Shown: positions 18,869 through 29,125 of the stretch, piece by piece
How positions within the stretch are numbered: the first letter of the stretch is position 1
Layout: the number at the start of each line of letters is the position of its first letter
Assembly (NCBI GenBank): GCA_041596615.1
Contig: JBFHIG010000005.1
Location: 1,214 to 65,213, forward strand
Reading direction: 5' to 3'
DNA length: 64,000 nucleotides
From: Candidatus Moraniibacteriota bacterium
GTDB taxonomy: Bacteria; Patescibacteriota; Minisyncoccia; Moranbacterales; DUUL01
Program-made: the position numbers and the translations under genes
Notes under the pieces: model-generated
The model's database searches: none
What the model was told of the DNA's origin: nothing
The model's input: the letters and a program-made list of their open reading frames with translations, nothing else

Positions 18869-19279
18869 CTAGTTACAACCAGTTCCTGTAAAAGTACAAC
18901 CTTCCTGTGTACAAGAAGCTGCACAAGAATCCGAAGCTGTTGTACAAGTACCTGTAATTGTCCAGTTATCAGCACTGGCATTTGCAACAGCAAGAGTAAC
19001 AGTACCACTACCAGTACAGTTATTAACTGTTGGAACGTTTCCTCCACCAGTACATATAGCAGATCCTGCAGTAACAGCCACAGCTAATCCCGCATCTCGA
19101 CAACTAGTTGCTGCTGGTGTCAAAGCTCTTAATTGTTGTTTAAAAGCAGTCACTCTCGCTCTTTCACGTTGTCTTCCTAGCGAAACAAACAGAACAGCAG
19201 CTAAGATACCAATAATCGCGATTACAAGCAAAAGCTCCACTAATGTGAACCCTTTTTCATTTTTATTTATTATTTTCAT
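18869..19279 (-). CDS. type IV pilin paralogue (first after pilC; major-pilin candidate)
   Basis: 136 aa. NEKG|[24 protein letters not shown]. Ala/Thr/Gly-rich head with eight Cys. Confidence 0.85.
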   Translation of the reverse strand: MKIINKNEKGFTLVELLLVIAIIGILAAVLFVSLGRQRERARVTAFKQQLRALTPAATSCRDAGLAVAVTAGSAICTGGGNVPTVNNCTGSGTVTLAVANASADNWTITGTCTTASDSCAASCTQEGCTFTGTGCN

Positions 19280-19385
19280 TTTTTCACCCGCCTTTCCATT
19301 TTCATTTTTAAATTATACAAATTAAATCTTTTTTTCTTTTAGGTAATACTTCACCATTCTAGCATAAAAAAAATTTTTATGGAAA

Positions 19386-20594
19386 TTAGGTGATTGATGT
19401 TGCTACTTGATAGATTGGCAACAGCACTGCAGAAACTAAAATTCCCACACCTATTGCTAAGAAAACCATCAAAATTGGCTCTATTAATGAGGAAAAATTC
19501 TTTACCATCCTGTCTGTTTCTGAAAGATAAAACGTAGTCACTCTCGACAAGGTAAATTCTATTCGTCCAGTGTGCTCTCCAACTCGGACCATCTGAACTA
19601 CCACAGGAGGAATAATTTCATATTTATTTAAAACATCAGCAATTCCACCACCTTTTTTAATTTCTTCCGCAGCCTCACGAATAATTTGCTGGTACACATA
19701 GTTTCCAACAACATCAGAAGTAATCATAAGCGCCGTTGTGATTGGCAAACCACTTTGAATCAATGTTGAAAGATTTTCAGAAAAACGCGCAATATAAACA
19801 TTGTGCAAAATTTTATTAATAATCGGGACTTTCAGTTTCAGCTGATCAAACTCTCTTTGACCTTCTTCTGTTTTGATATAGTAAATTATCCCCGAAATAC
19901 CGAAAATTACAGCAATCCCGACTGCCCACCAATAATTAGCCATAAAGTCACTAACTGCTATCAAAATTCTTGTTTGAATAGGAAGTGTTACATTTGATTC
20001 TTTTAATATCACTAGAAGTTTCGGCATCACAAAAGACATTATGATAAAACCAACGATCACCATTGCCGATAAGATAAAGGCTGGATAATACATTGCACCT
20101 TTCAATTTTGCGGTCAACTCATAGTTCTTTTCAGTGTTATCTGCCAAATCATTCAATGCTTTTTGCAGTGTACCAGAGGCCTCTCCAGCTTTAACCATGT
20201 TTACATAAAAAGGCGTGAAAGTATCAGAATTTTTCGCCATAGCCTCAGATAGAGATGACCCTCCGTCAATATCAACAATTACTGAGTTAATTTTCAAAGC
20301 AAAATATCTGTTTTCGGTTTGATTAGCGATTGAATGCAAAGCCGACAAAAGAGGTACTTTTGAATCAATCAATGTTGACAGTTGTCTGGAAAAAATTACA
20401 AACTCTTTCGGCCGAACACCTTCCCAAATCCTAAGAAGTCCTGAAAACAAAGGGATTTCTTTTACCTCTTCCAAGGAAACAATCGATAGGTTGTTTTGGA
20501 TTAGCAACTCTTTTGCTGCTCGAGTGGAAGATGCTTCAACAATTCCTTGTTGCAACTGTCCACTCTTATTTTGAGCTTTGTATTTAAATTTCAT
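19386..20594 (-). CDS. pilC: type IV pilus platform protein (GspF/PilC family)
   Basis: 402 aa. Two T2SSF repeats (FSRQLSTLIDSKVPLLSAL... and FSENLSTLIQSGLPITTAL...). Three TM segments. Confidence 0.9.
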   Translation of the reverse strand: MKFKYKAQNKSGQLQQGIVEASSTRAAKELLIQNNLSIVSLEEVKEIPLFSGLLRIWEGVRPKEFVIFSRQLSTLIDSKVPLLSALHSIANQTENRYFALKINSVIVDIDGGSSLSEAMAKNSDTFTPFYVNMVKAGEASGTLQKALNDLADNTEKNYELTAKLKGAMYYPAFILSAMVIVGFIIMSFVMPKLLVILKESNVTLPIQTRILIAVSDFMANYWWAVGIAVIFGISGIIYYIKTEEGQREFDQLKLKVPIINKILHNVYIARFSENLSTLIQSGLPITTALMITSDVVGNYVYQQIIREAAEEIKKGGGIADVLNKYEIIPPVVVQMVRVGEHTGRIEFTLSRVTTFYLSETDRMVKNFSSLIEPILMVFLAIGVGILVSAVLLPIYQVATSIT

Positions 20595-20628
20595 TTTTTA
20601 AATTTAATAAACTTGCTTTTTAATAAAA

Positions 20629-21708
20629 TTAAACCGTTTCAAGTAACATCCTAAAAGTATTAACATCAGTAGCATACATTTCTGCATCTTCCAAGGTAAC
20701 CTGCCCGTCTTTAACTAAAATTGCTAAGGCCCTGTTGATTCCAATCATGCCCTCCTCCAGGGAAGTCTCAATCGTAACACCTATTTGATGTGTCTGGTTT
20801 TGGCGAATTAGATTCTCAACAGCACGATTTTTAATTAAAACTTCAACAGCAGGAATTCTTCCTCCACCAATTTTTTTCAATAATCTCTGAGATACTACTC
20901 CTAATAACACATTTGCAAGTTGAAAACGAATCTGATTTTGCTGATATGCCGGGAAAACATCTATAATACGATCGACGGTTTGAACCGAATCGTTTGTGTG
21001 CAAGGTTCCCATAATTAAGTGCCCTGTTTCAGCTGCGGTAATGGCAGTGGAAATAGTCTCCAAATCCCTCATCTCGCCAACCAAGACAACGTCCACATCC
21101 TCACGAAAACAAGCGGTTAGGGCACTATGAAAATCCAGTGCATCTCTTCCGATTTCTCTTTGTTCAATCAAGCATTGATCAGAATGATGCAGATATTCAA
21201 TTGGATCTTCAATCGTGACAATATGATCTTGTCTGTTACGATTTATATAATCAATCAAAGCTGCTAGCGTTGTTGATTTTCCATGCCCAGTCGGACCAGT
21301 CAAAAGTAGCAAGCCTTGTGTTCTTTTAATAAACTCATAAAGAATATCGGGAACACCCAACTCTGACAATTGTTTAATTTCCTTTGGAATATATCTAAGA
21401 GCAAGGCTTATGTTGCCTTTTTGGTGAAACATATTGGCCCTAAAACGATCATGGGAATCAATTTCTATCGAAAAATCAACATGCATTTCATTCTCAAATT
21501 TATCTTTTTGTTTTTTATTTAAAAGAGATTCGGAAAGCGATATCATATCATCATGACTTATAACAGCTTCTTTACTGAGTCGATATAAAACACTGTCAAT
21601 TCTCATAATTGGATAGTCCCCAACTGATAAATGCAAGTCAGAGCCATTGTTTTGAACGACATTCGCAAGATACTTTTTGAGCTTTTGCCCTAATTGACTC
21701 TCTTTCAT
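20629..21708 (-). CDS. pilT: type IV pilus retraction ATPase
   Basis: 359 aa. Walker A GPTGHGKSTT, Asp box VLVGEMRD, His box GHLIMGTLHTN, typical PilT length. Confidence 0.9.
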   Translation of the reverse strand: MKESQLGQKLKKYLANVVQNNGSDLHLSVGDYPIMRIDSVLYRLSKEAVISHDDMISLSESLLNKKQKDKFENEMHVDFSIEIDSHDRFRANMFHQKGNISLALRYIPKEIKQLSELGVPDILYEFIKRTQGLLLLTGPTGHGKSTTLAALIDYINRNRQDHIVTIEDPIEYLHHSDQCLIEQREIGRDALDFHSALTACFREDVDVVLVGEMRDLETISTAITAAETGHLIMGTLHTNDSVQTVDRIIDVFPAYQQNQIRFQLANVLLGVVSQRLLKKIGGGRIPAVEVLIKNRAVENLIRQNQTHQIGVTIETSLEEGMIGINRALAILVKDGQVTLEDAEMYATDVNTFRMLLETV

Positions 21709-21749
21709 TTTATTTTTTTATAAATTTTGTTTTAGTTTCAAATATTTCT

Positions 21750-22139
21750 TTAGTTGCAATATTCAGCAACTTTAAAAACAATTTCTTCAGGAGTATAATT
21801 CGACTTAACTAAATAATCCTTTGCTCCCATGTTCATAGCACTACCCACATATTCTTCCTCCGTAGCATTGGTAAGCATAATAACTGGGATATCTCTCGTT
21901 ATATCTCTTTCCTTTAAGGCTCTTAAAACATCCATCCCACTAATTTTTGGCATAAAGATATCCAATAAAATTAAATCTGGTTTTTCCGTCTCAGCCCTCT
22001 TGATAGCCTCATCACCATCTCCGATAAGAATGGTTTCAAAACCCTCTTTTAAAAGCTTAGCAACATAGACCTCTGAAATAAACTTATCATCTTCTATTAC
22101 TAAAATTTTCTTAATTATCTCATTCTCGTTTTCGCTCAT
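21750..22139 (-). CDS. stand-alone response-regulator receiver (CheY/PilH-like)
   Basis: 129 aa. ILVIEDDKF, phospho-acceptor context DLILLDIFMPKISG, MLTNATEE, AKDYLVK. No output domain. Confidence 0.85.
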   Translation of the reverse strand: MSENENEIIKKILVIEDDKFISEVYVAKLLKEGFETILIGDGDEAIKRAETEKPDLILLDIFMPKISGMDVLRALKERDITRDIPVIMLTNATEEEYVGSAMNMGAKDYLVKSNYTPEEIVFKVAEYCN

Positions 22140-22152
22140 TTTTTCAAATTTA

Positions 22153-23868
22153 TTACTTATCTTCTCCTTCTAGAAGATCAATATTATTACCGATACTAGC
22201 AGTTTCTTTCTCTTTAATTTCAACGACTTCTCCAGAGGTGTCATTTTCTGGCTTGCCGTCACTAGGCTTCTCATCAGTAACTCTTTGAACTTCCTCAATT
22301 GTTGTATACCCTTCCAGCACTTTAAGTATACCATCTTGCTTCATTGTTGTGTATCCATCTTTCTTAGCTTCTTTTTCGATGTCTGACTCTAAGGTTCCAT
22401 CACCTATCATCTTCCCAACTGATTCAGTTATCTCGACCATCTCATAAATTCCAACTCTCCCTTTTGTTCCTTTGTTTTGACATTCATGGCATCCTTCCCC
22501 TTCATATGTAGTGATTTTTTTCAGTTCACTAATATTATTTATTCCAATCCTTTCCAATGCTTTAGTTGGAATATTTTTCAGCTCTGCTCTAATAACACCT
22601 TCTGCTGCAGTTGCTAAATTGCCAACCTCTCTTTTACATTTTGGGCAAATTCGCCTTACGAGTCGTTGCCCGATTAGAAGTTTCAAGGATGATGCTAGAA
22701 GAAATGGCTGAATCCCCATATCCACAAGTCGTGAAATTGCCCCAATCGCAGAGTTCGTATGTAAAGTAGAAAGAACAAGATGCCCTGTTAATGCAGCGTG
22801 AATAGCAAGTTCGGCTGTTTCCTCATCACGAATCTCTCCTACCATAATTACATCCGGGTCTTGACGTAAAATACTTCTCAACCCTGAAGAAAATGTATAC
22901 TCAATTTGAGGCTTAACCTGACTTTGATTAACTCCTTCAAGCACATATTCCACAGGGTCTTCAAGCGTAACAATATTAATTCCCTCCTTATTTAAGATAT
23001 TTAAAATTGAATATAAAGTTGTTGATTTTCCACTTCCTGTCGGACCCGTAACCAAAATAATCCCGTGTGGCTCTTCAATTATTCTTCGAATCAACTCATC
23101 ATCACGCCCTTCAACGCCAAGCTTGTCAAGGCCAATAACTCCAGTTCTGGTATCTAAAATACGCATAACAACCTTCTCCCCATATGATACTGGAAATGTT
23201 GAGACACGAAAATCAATTGTTTGCCCTAGATCCTTTATCCTAAAACGACCATCTTGTGGCTTTCGCTTTTCGTCAATCTTCAAATTAGATAAAATTTTAA
23301 TCCTAGAAACAATAGCTGGTCCAATTTTTTCTGGCAAAGAGATACTGTTGTATAAAATACCATCAACGCGATATCGAACTCTGACATACTCATCCATCGG
23401 CTCAATATGAATATCAGAAGCTCTACCGTCAATCGCATTTTTGATAATAACCTCAACCATTTTAGCCACTGGTGCATCCTTTAGGATATTCACCCCACCT
23501 CCTGATTTCTTTTTATCCAATCTAGCTTTTTCATCTTCTTCTACTTGGGAAGACTCTTCAAAGGCAGAGAGAAATTTATTAATCTCTACCGAAGAATTCT
23601 TCATTTTTCCCAATAAAATTTCAAAATCAGTTTCAGATATCGGAAAAATATCCACCCTCTTTTTGTTTTTCTGAACAAAGAAACGAAGAGCATTCTGTGT
23701 ATTTACGTCCGTTCTATCGACAACTGCAACTTTGATGCTATCAATCTCTTCCTCAAATGGTATAAATTTATATTTTTTTATTGAGTCAACTGGAAGCAAT
23801 TTAATAAGTCCCTTGTCAATTTTTATTTCCTCCCAATTTACAACTTTTTTTTCAATATTTGGAACCAT
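22153..23868 (-). CDS. pilB: type IV pilus assembly ATPase (GspE/PilB family)
   Basis: 571 aa. Walker A GPTGSGKSTT, IMVGEIRD, GHLVLSTLHTN, tetracysteine CPKC...CHEC. Confidence 0.9.
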   Translation of the reverse strand: MVPNIEKKVVNWEEIKIDKGLIKLLPVDSIKKYKFIPFEEEIDSIKVAVVDRTDVNTQNALRFFVQKNKKRVDIFPISETDFEILLGKMKNSSVEINKFLSAFEESSQVEEDEKARLDKKKSGGGVNILKDAPVAKMVEVIIKNAIDGRASDIHIEPMDEYVRVRYRVDGILYNSISLPEKIGPAIVSRIKILSNLKIDEKRKPQDGRFRIKDLGQTIDFRVSTFPVSYGEKVVMRILDTRTGVIGLDKLGVEGRDDELIRRIIEEPHGIILVTGPTGSGKSTTLYSILNILNKEGINIVTLEDPVEYVLEGVNQSQVKPQIEYTFSSGLRSILRQDPDVIMVGEIRDEETAELAIHAALTGHLVLSTLHTNSAIGAISRLVDMGIQPFLLASSLKLLIGQRLVRRICPKCKREVGNLATAAEGVIRAELKNIPTKALERIGINNISELKKITTYEGEGCHECQNKGTKGRVGIYEMVEITESVGKMIGDGTLESDIEKEAKKDGYTTMKQDGILKVLEGYTTIEEVQRVTDEKPSDGKPENDTSGEVVEIKEKETASIGNNIDLLEGEDK

Positions 23869-23939
23869 TTTACTTTAGCTATTTTTATTTTTTAGTTCTC
23901 CTTTGTTTCATTTCTGATTATCTCCTTTCTAAAGGAGAA

Positions 23940-24728
23940 TTAGTTTGAAAAAATATCACTTTTTCCTGCGCTTCCAGCTCCAACTGGCCTAAATATTTCA
24001 CTTGTAATATTTTCGTTATACTTATCAACAACACCCGTTTTAAATTGCCCACTTAATAGGCTTTTAATAACTGGGTCACTTGACCTAATAAGACTTGCTA
24101 TCTCTAATTTTTCATTCTCAGGCTTATTAAAAAATTCAAAAAGCAGTTCGCATTTTATTAATGCTCCATTAGAATCAGTCTCTGCCTCGCCTTCTCTAAC
24201 ATTTGACGCATCTACGTCTTGGGCAATAATCATGAGTTCTTTTGGAAGCGTTAGTCTGTTGTGTGAGTCTACTTCTTTAACAAACTCAAAAACATCCGTG
24301 TAAGATCCCATAACTGTTACTTTTATATCAGCTTGCTTAAGAGTCGGTTTAGAGGATCCTTCCATTATAATTTCTTCTGAAGTTTTACTACTACCGTTTA
24401 GGGCTTCGCTTTTAACTTTAGTGGAAATAATAAAGACACCACTTCTTTCGGCGCTCTTGTGAATCTCAGCTAAGAGATCGTCGTTGTTATCACTTTTGGG
24501 AATCGCATTTAAAACCAAACTTTCCTGATCTGATGTCAGCGAATTAAGTTTTTTTGCTGCATTCATAATCGAGTCATGCCCGCTCTTTAGATCGTCAAGT
24601 TGCTTCGTTAATAGATCTAACTCTCCTTGCCTGTCTTTGTATATATCCCACTCTGGCTTTGTGAAAAAAATGGTCACCATAAAAGCAACGAGCAGTGCGA
24701 TTGGAAAGAAAAGAATTTTTAATTTCAT
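23940..24728 (-). CDS. PilO-like pilus alignment protein
   Basis: 262 aa. N-terminal TM FFPIALLVAFMVTIFF, coiled coil, then VTVMGSYTDVFEFVKEVDSHNRL (PilO-like core). Positioned after pilM-pilN. Confidence 0.6.
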   Translation of the reverse strand: MKLKILFFPIALLVAFMVTIFFTKPEWDIYKDRQGELDLLTKQLDDLKSGHDSIMNAAKKLNSLTSDQESLVLNAIPKSDNNDDLLAEIHKSAERSGVFIISTKVKSEALNGSSKTSEEIIMEGSSKPTLKQADIKVTVMGSYTDVFEFVKEVDSHNRLTLPKELMIIAQDVDASNVREGEAETDSNGALIKCELLFEFFNKPENEKLEIASLIRSSDPVIKSLLSGQFKTGVVDKYNENITSEIFRPVGAGSAGKSDIFSN

Positions 24729-24768
24729 TTTTATTTTTTAGTTCTTATTTAAGACAACAAAGAAGTTT

Positions 24769-25317
24769 TTATTTAGCCTCTTCTTTCATATAAAAACCTA
24801 TAAGACCCTCAATGCCAGTCCCTTCTTTATCAACTTTACTTGAGTCCAGAAGCACTGTATCAACATCATCACCTATCAAACTAAATGCTTCCATTTGCTT
24901 TGCTAACTCATTGTGATTTTCAACAATAACAGAGGCTGCTATTGCAGTTTTTCCTGTCTGATTCTCAAATCCCAAGACTTTAAATTTAGTAGTTGGAAGT
25001 GTATATCTTGCGATTTTATTCAAAACGACACTTTGCATCGTCTTTCTGTCCATCAGTCCTTCAATCTCAATCAAACGATCCTGGAAATCATACAACTTTT
25101 TTACCTCCGCCGTGTTCATTTGATCCTCCACTTGCGTGATTTCTGACCTGATTTCTTGACTTTTAGCTTCCGTTTCAATGCCTAAGTATTTAACCAAGCC
25201 AAAAGCCGCTAAGCCCAATGCGAGTGTTGAAATTCCCAAGACCAAGGACCTATTACTACTCTGACTATTGGGTTTCCTGCTCGACATCTCATTTGATCTG
25301 AGATTTATTTTTGCCAT
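24769..25317 (-). CDS. PilN-like pilus alignment protein
   Basis: 182 aa. N-terminal KINL motif, single TM LVLGISTLALGLAAFGLV, coiled coil. Immediately downstream of pilM. Confidence 0.6.
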   Translation of the reverse strand: MAKINLRSNEMSSRKPNSQSSNRSLVLGISTLALGLAAFGLVKYLGIETEAKSQEIRSEITQVEDQMNTAEVKKLYDFQDRLIEIEGLMDRKTMQSVVLNKIARYTLPTTKFKVLGFENQTGKTAIAASVIVENHNELAKQMEAFSLIGDDVDTVLLDSSKVDKEGTGIEGLIGFYMKEEAK

Positions 25318-25338
25318 TTTTTTGAATTTATTTTTATT

Positions 25339-26481
25339 TTATGCTTGCTTTTTGTCCTCGAAAGAGTTTAGCGCTAAACCAACAGCAATCACCAGCTCGG
25401 AACCATGCTCTTCAATGACATGTTGAATATTCTCCGGGTAATTAATAGTTTTAAATGGATCACCTATTCTAGTCTCCATATTCAATTCTTTTTGTAGATA
25501 TTCTGGCATACCCAACAATTTCGCTCCTCCTCCCGTCAAAACTATTTCGCTTATTTCTATACCTTCATAGGTTTTTTTAATGGCTTTATTGGTCTTTCTG
25601 ATCTCTTCAACGATAGCATCCATAACCTGACCAATCATCTCCGTCCCACCCTGAGCTTCTCCCGCCTTCATTCCTTGGGTATATTTGATTTTTTCAGCTC
25701 TTTGAATATCCACACCCAAGCTTCTTGCGATTGTCTTAGTTATTCTATCTCCAGCGATATCAATTGTCCTGTTCAGTAAAACATTCCCATTTGAAACAGC
25801 TACGATATTACAAACTTTATGCCCAATATCCAAAATAAGATGTGGGGCTTTATTATCACCAATCAAAGCCCTTGTCAAAGAAAAGGCATCGATTTCCAAC
25901 GAATCTATTTTCAAACCAGCGGTCGAAAAAACTTTTTCATATTGAGCGCTAATCTCTCTCATAATAGCTACTAATAAAATATGTATCTTCCCATCCCTTT
26001 TAACTCCAGGAACGGCATCTTCTTCAGTTTTTTCATCACCTTCATCAATCAATTGCCATCCATAAACCACATCGGCTAACTGGACTGGGATATATTTAGG
26101 AGCTTCGTTTTGAATTATTTCATCAATATCATCTTTTGCAGTTTTTGGGATTTCTATTGCTGTTATCAAAGAAGAGAAACTCGGAACTGCTGCTTGCACA
26201 TGTTTCTTTGAGATTTCTGCTTCCCTTAATGTTTTCTCAAGCAATTCACTGGCCAAATCACTAATAATACCAGACGTTCCTGGTCTTATTATCTCCTCTT
26301 TACTCTTAGCGATAGCATAATTCTTTAGATGAATTGCATTTCCAACTCGTTCCAAAACTACAACTTTTATACTTGCGCTTCCAACATCAACACCAACGGA
26401 GATATTTTTATTTCCGCCAAATAAACTGCCCAGCAAATCGTCTTTTATTTTATCAAAAATAGAAACTTTACCACCATTCAT
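25339..26481 (-). CDS. pilM: type IV pilus assembly protein PilM (actin-like ATPase fold)
   Basis: 380 aa. VGVDVGSASIKVVVLE, ILDIGHKVCNIVAV, LTGGGAKLLGMPEYL. Confidence 0.85.
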   Translation of the reverse strand: MNGGKVSIFDKIKDDLLGSLFGGNKNISVGVDVGSASIKVVVLERVGNAIHLKNYAIAKSKEEIIRPGTSGIISDLASELLEKTLREAEISKKHVQAAVPSFSSLITAIEIPKTAKDDIDEIIQNEAPKYIPVQLADVVYGWQLIDEGDEKTEEDAVPGVKRDGKIHILLVAIMREISAQYEKVFSTAGLKIDSLEIDAFSLTRALIGDNKAPHLILDIGHKVCNIVAVSNGNVLLNRTIDIAGDRITKTIARSLGVDIQRAEKIKYTQGMKAGEAQGGTEMIGQVMDAIVEEIRKTNKAIKKTYEGIEISEIVLTGGGAKLLGMPEYLQKELNMETRIGDPFKTINYPENIQHVIEEHGSELVIAVGLALNSFEDKKQA

Positions 26482-26591
26482 CTTTTCTTTTTATCTTATC
26501 TTTTTATTTTTCGTTAGATAACTATATACAAAAAACCTCAAGATACTACTTAGAGCTTATATTTACCCTATAAGCAAACAAGAATCTTATA

Positions 26592-26620
26592 TTTACTTTC
26601 AAATATAAAAATGCTATAAT
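26592..26620 (+). promoter_or_regulatory. candidate sigma-70 promoter of clpC
   Basis: -35 TTTACT (26592-26597), 17-bp spacer, extended -10 TGcTATAAT (26612-26620), about 45 nt upstream of the ATG. The -35 lies inside the second copy of a CTTATATTTAC direct repeat. Confidence 0.45.
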
Positions 26621-26665
26621 ATCCTGTAAACGTAAAGTTAATTTAATTATATCACGGTTCGAACA

Positions 26666-29125
26666 ATGCGCAAGCGATTCACAAAAAATGCTCAACTAGC
26701 AATAGCTACACTTAAGCAAATTAATTCCTCAAAAAAACTAACATCAATAGATGCCAGACTTTTCATTCAAGCACTCTTGATGCAAAAGGGGAGCTTTGGG
26801 AAAACAATCCTTGAGACTACACTACCTAAAAACATCTTGATTAAATTTGAAAATGAGAAACAAATACAGCTAACTTCAAAAAAGAATACTTTAACTGCTC
26901 AAGATATTATCAACAAAGCAACTAAAAAAGCTTTTCTTGGAAAAAGTTCTTTTATTGGAACTGAGCATTTAGCAAATGAAATTTTAGAGATCCCAGAAAT
27001 TTCGAAAAATATTGTCAAAAGAAAAATGAGGGTCTCATCAAAGAAAGGTACTGGGAATTTCTCTGATAATTCAATTGGGAAAAATGCCTCCCAAAATGAT
27101 TTCTTTGGTGAACTAAATTCTATTATTGAAAATTTCTTCAATCCTAATAGCCCTCAAAATATCAAAAGAAAAACATCTGGCAAAAATTTCTATACAGATT
27201 TGACCGCGAAACCTCAAGATGACCATATTTTAGTCGGGAGAGAGTATGAAATAGAAAGAATCTCTCATATACTTGGAAGAAAAATGAAAAATAATCCAGT
27301 ATTAATTGGTGACCCTGGCGTTGGAAAAACTGCAATAGTTGAGGGATTGGCTAAAAAAATCAGAGAGGGCAAGGCCGAATATTATTTATTTGGAAAGAGA
27401 ATTTTCAGTCTTGATCTAGGACTACTAATTGCTGGAACAACTTTTCGAGGCGAGTTTGAGGCCAGACTTAAAGACATCATAGATCAAATAAAAAAAGACC
27501 CTAATATTATTTTATTCGTGGATGAAATTCACAATCTGATTGGAGCTGGAAACGCTTCTGGCGGAATGGACGCTGCAAATCTCCTAAAGCCAATTCTTTC
27601 ACGTGGAGAAATTCAATTAATCGGTGCAACTACTATCGAAGAATATCGCAAGCACATTGAAAAAGATGCTGCTTTAGAAAGAAGATTACAACCAATCATC
27701 GTTAAAGAACCAACAATAGAAGAAACAAAAAAAATTCTAGATGGAATTAAAAAATCATACGAGACTTTTCATAATGTCTCGATTTCAGATGATGCAAACA
27801 GAACCGCAGCTATTTTCGCAAAAAGATATTTAACAGAAAGAAATCTCCCTGATAGCGCTATCGACTTGATTGATGAAACAGCTTCTCGCTTACGCTCTGG
27901 AGCCTCTGATAGTTTAGTTTATCGAAAAATTAAAACCTTGGAGGAAAAAATAGAAAGAATTAAAACAGAAAAAGAGCTCTTGGTAATTAGCGACCGTTAT
28001 GAAGATGCGATTAGAATGAGATCTGAAGAAAATAAAACTATGGCAGTATTAAAAAAACTGCAAAAAGAGTTTGTCAAAGAATCAGAAAAGAATAAAGTAA
28101 CTGTAACTGCTGATGAAATCAAGAACACTTTAGCAGAACTTTCCAGAATTCCAAAGGAAATTTTGGCACAAGACAATGATGCAATTACCAAAAAAGTGAA
28201 AAAATCTCTCCGGGAGGGATTATTCGGACAGATAAAAGTTAGAGAACACATATCCAATACCATTCTTAGGCAAGTTAGTGGCATTTCAAACCCCAATCGA
28301 CCATTAGGATCATTCCTCTTCGTGGGACCATCTGGTGTTGGAAAAACTCATTGTGCAAAATTACTAGCGGGGGCAATTTCTCCTACTTCGCACAAAGATG
28401 CTCTCATCCAAATCAATATGAGCGAATTTATGGAAAGACACACCGTTTCTAGATTACTTGGCGCACCAGCTGGCTATGTTGGTTATGAAGAAAGCGGTGA
28501 ATTTGCTGATAAAGTCAGACGTAACCCCTACAGTGTCGTGCTTTTTGATGAAATTGAAAAAGCTGACCCTTCAATCCTCAATATCCTCTTACAAATTCTT
28601 GAGGAAGGTGAGATTTCTGATTCAAAAGGAAGAAAAATTAATTTCAGAAATACTATTGTCATCCTTACTTCAAACATTGGAATTACGGAGCTAAATAAGA
28701 TTTCGGAACTTGGTTTCAATAAAAAAAGTTTACCCAAGAAAGCTGGATACGAAGAGATTACAAGTTCTATAATCGAACAGATTGAGGAAATTCTCTCGCC
28801 AGAGCTTATTAATCGTTTAGATCATATCCTTCCATTTAATACTCTCTCGAGCAGAAACATTGAGGCGATTATCAAAAAGGAGCTAGGCGCATTAAAAGAA
28901 AGATTATCACAACGTTCGATTGAGTTTGATTTCGATAAATCAATCCTTAGGTTTATTTCCAAGAAAAGCAAAAGTTTTGAACTTGGTGCCAGACAAATCA
29001 GAAAACATATTCAGGATTCTATTGAGCCTATTATTGCTAAAAAAATAGTTTCCCACAAAAACATTGTCAAAATCTCAATCACAAACAAAAAAGAAAGAAT
29101 CGTTGCCGAGATTATCAAAAAATAG
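26666..29125 (+). CDS. clpC: AAA+ chaperone/unfoldase, ClpC-like
   Basis: 819 aa. Clp_N-like repeats. D1 Walker [10 protein letters not shown]. Short middle domain. D2 Walker [13 protein letters not shown] tripeptide (ISELGFNKK) at the position of the ClpP-docking loop. Confidence 0.8.
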   Translation: MRKRFTKNAQLAIATLKQINSSKKLTSIDARLFIQALLMQKGSFGKTILETTLPKNILIKFENEKQIQLTSKKNTLTAQDIINKATKKAFLGKSSFIGTEHLANEILEIPEISKNIVKRKMRVSSKKGTGNFSDNSIGKNASQNDFFGELNSIIENFFNPNSPQNIKRKTSGKNFYTDLTAKPQDDHILVGREYEIERISHILGRKMKNNPVLIGDPGVGKTAIVEGLAKKIREGKAEYYLFGKRIFSLDLGLLIAGTTFRGEFEARLKDIIDQIKKDPNIILFVDEIHNLIGAGNASGGMDAANLLKPILSRGEIQLIGATTIEEYRKHIEKDAALERRLQPIIVKEPTIEETKKILDGIKKSYETFHNVSISDDANRTAAIFAKRYLTERNLPDSAIDLIDETASRLRSGASDSLVYRKIKTLEEKIERIKTEKELLVISDRYEDAIRMRSEENKTMAVLKKLQKEFVKESEKNKVTVTADEIKNTLAELSRIPKEILAQDNDAITKKVKKSLREGLFGQIKVREHISNTILRQVSGISNPNRPLGSFLFVGPSGVGKTHCAKLLAGAISPTSHKDALIQINMSEFMERHTVSRLLGAPAGYVGYEESGEFADKVRRNPYSVVLFDEIEKADPSILNILLQILEEGEISDSKGRKINFRNTIVILTSNIGITELNKISELGFNKKSLPKKAGYEEITSSIIEQIEEILSPELINRLDHILPFNTLSSRNIEAIIKKELGALKERLSQRSIEFDFDKSILRFISKKSKSFELGARQIRKHIQDSIEPIIAKKIVSHKNIVKISITNKKERIVAEIIKK

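Noticed and set aside
26666-29125. ClpB (disaggregase) assignment for the 819-aa AAA+ protein
   Set aside because: The middle domain between the two AAA modules is short, as in ClpC, and an LGF tripeptide sits where the ClpP-docking loop is expected. ClpC-like is therefore preferred, though this needs an alignment to confirm.
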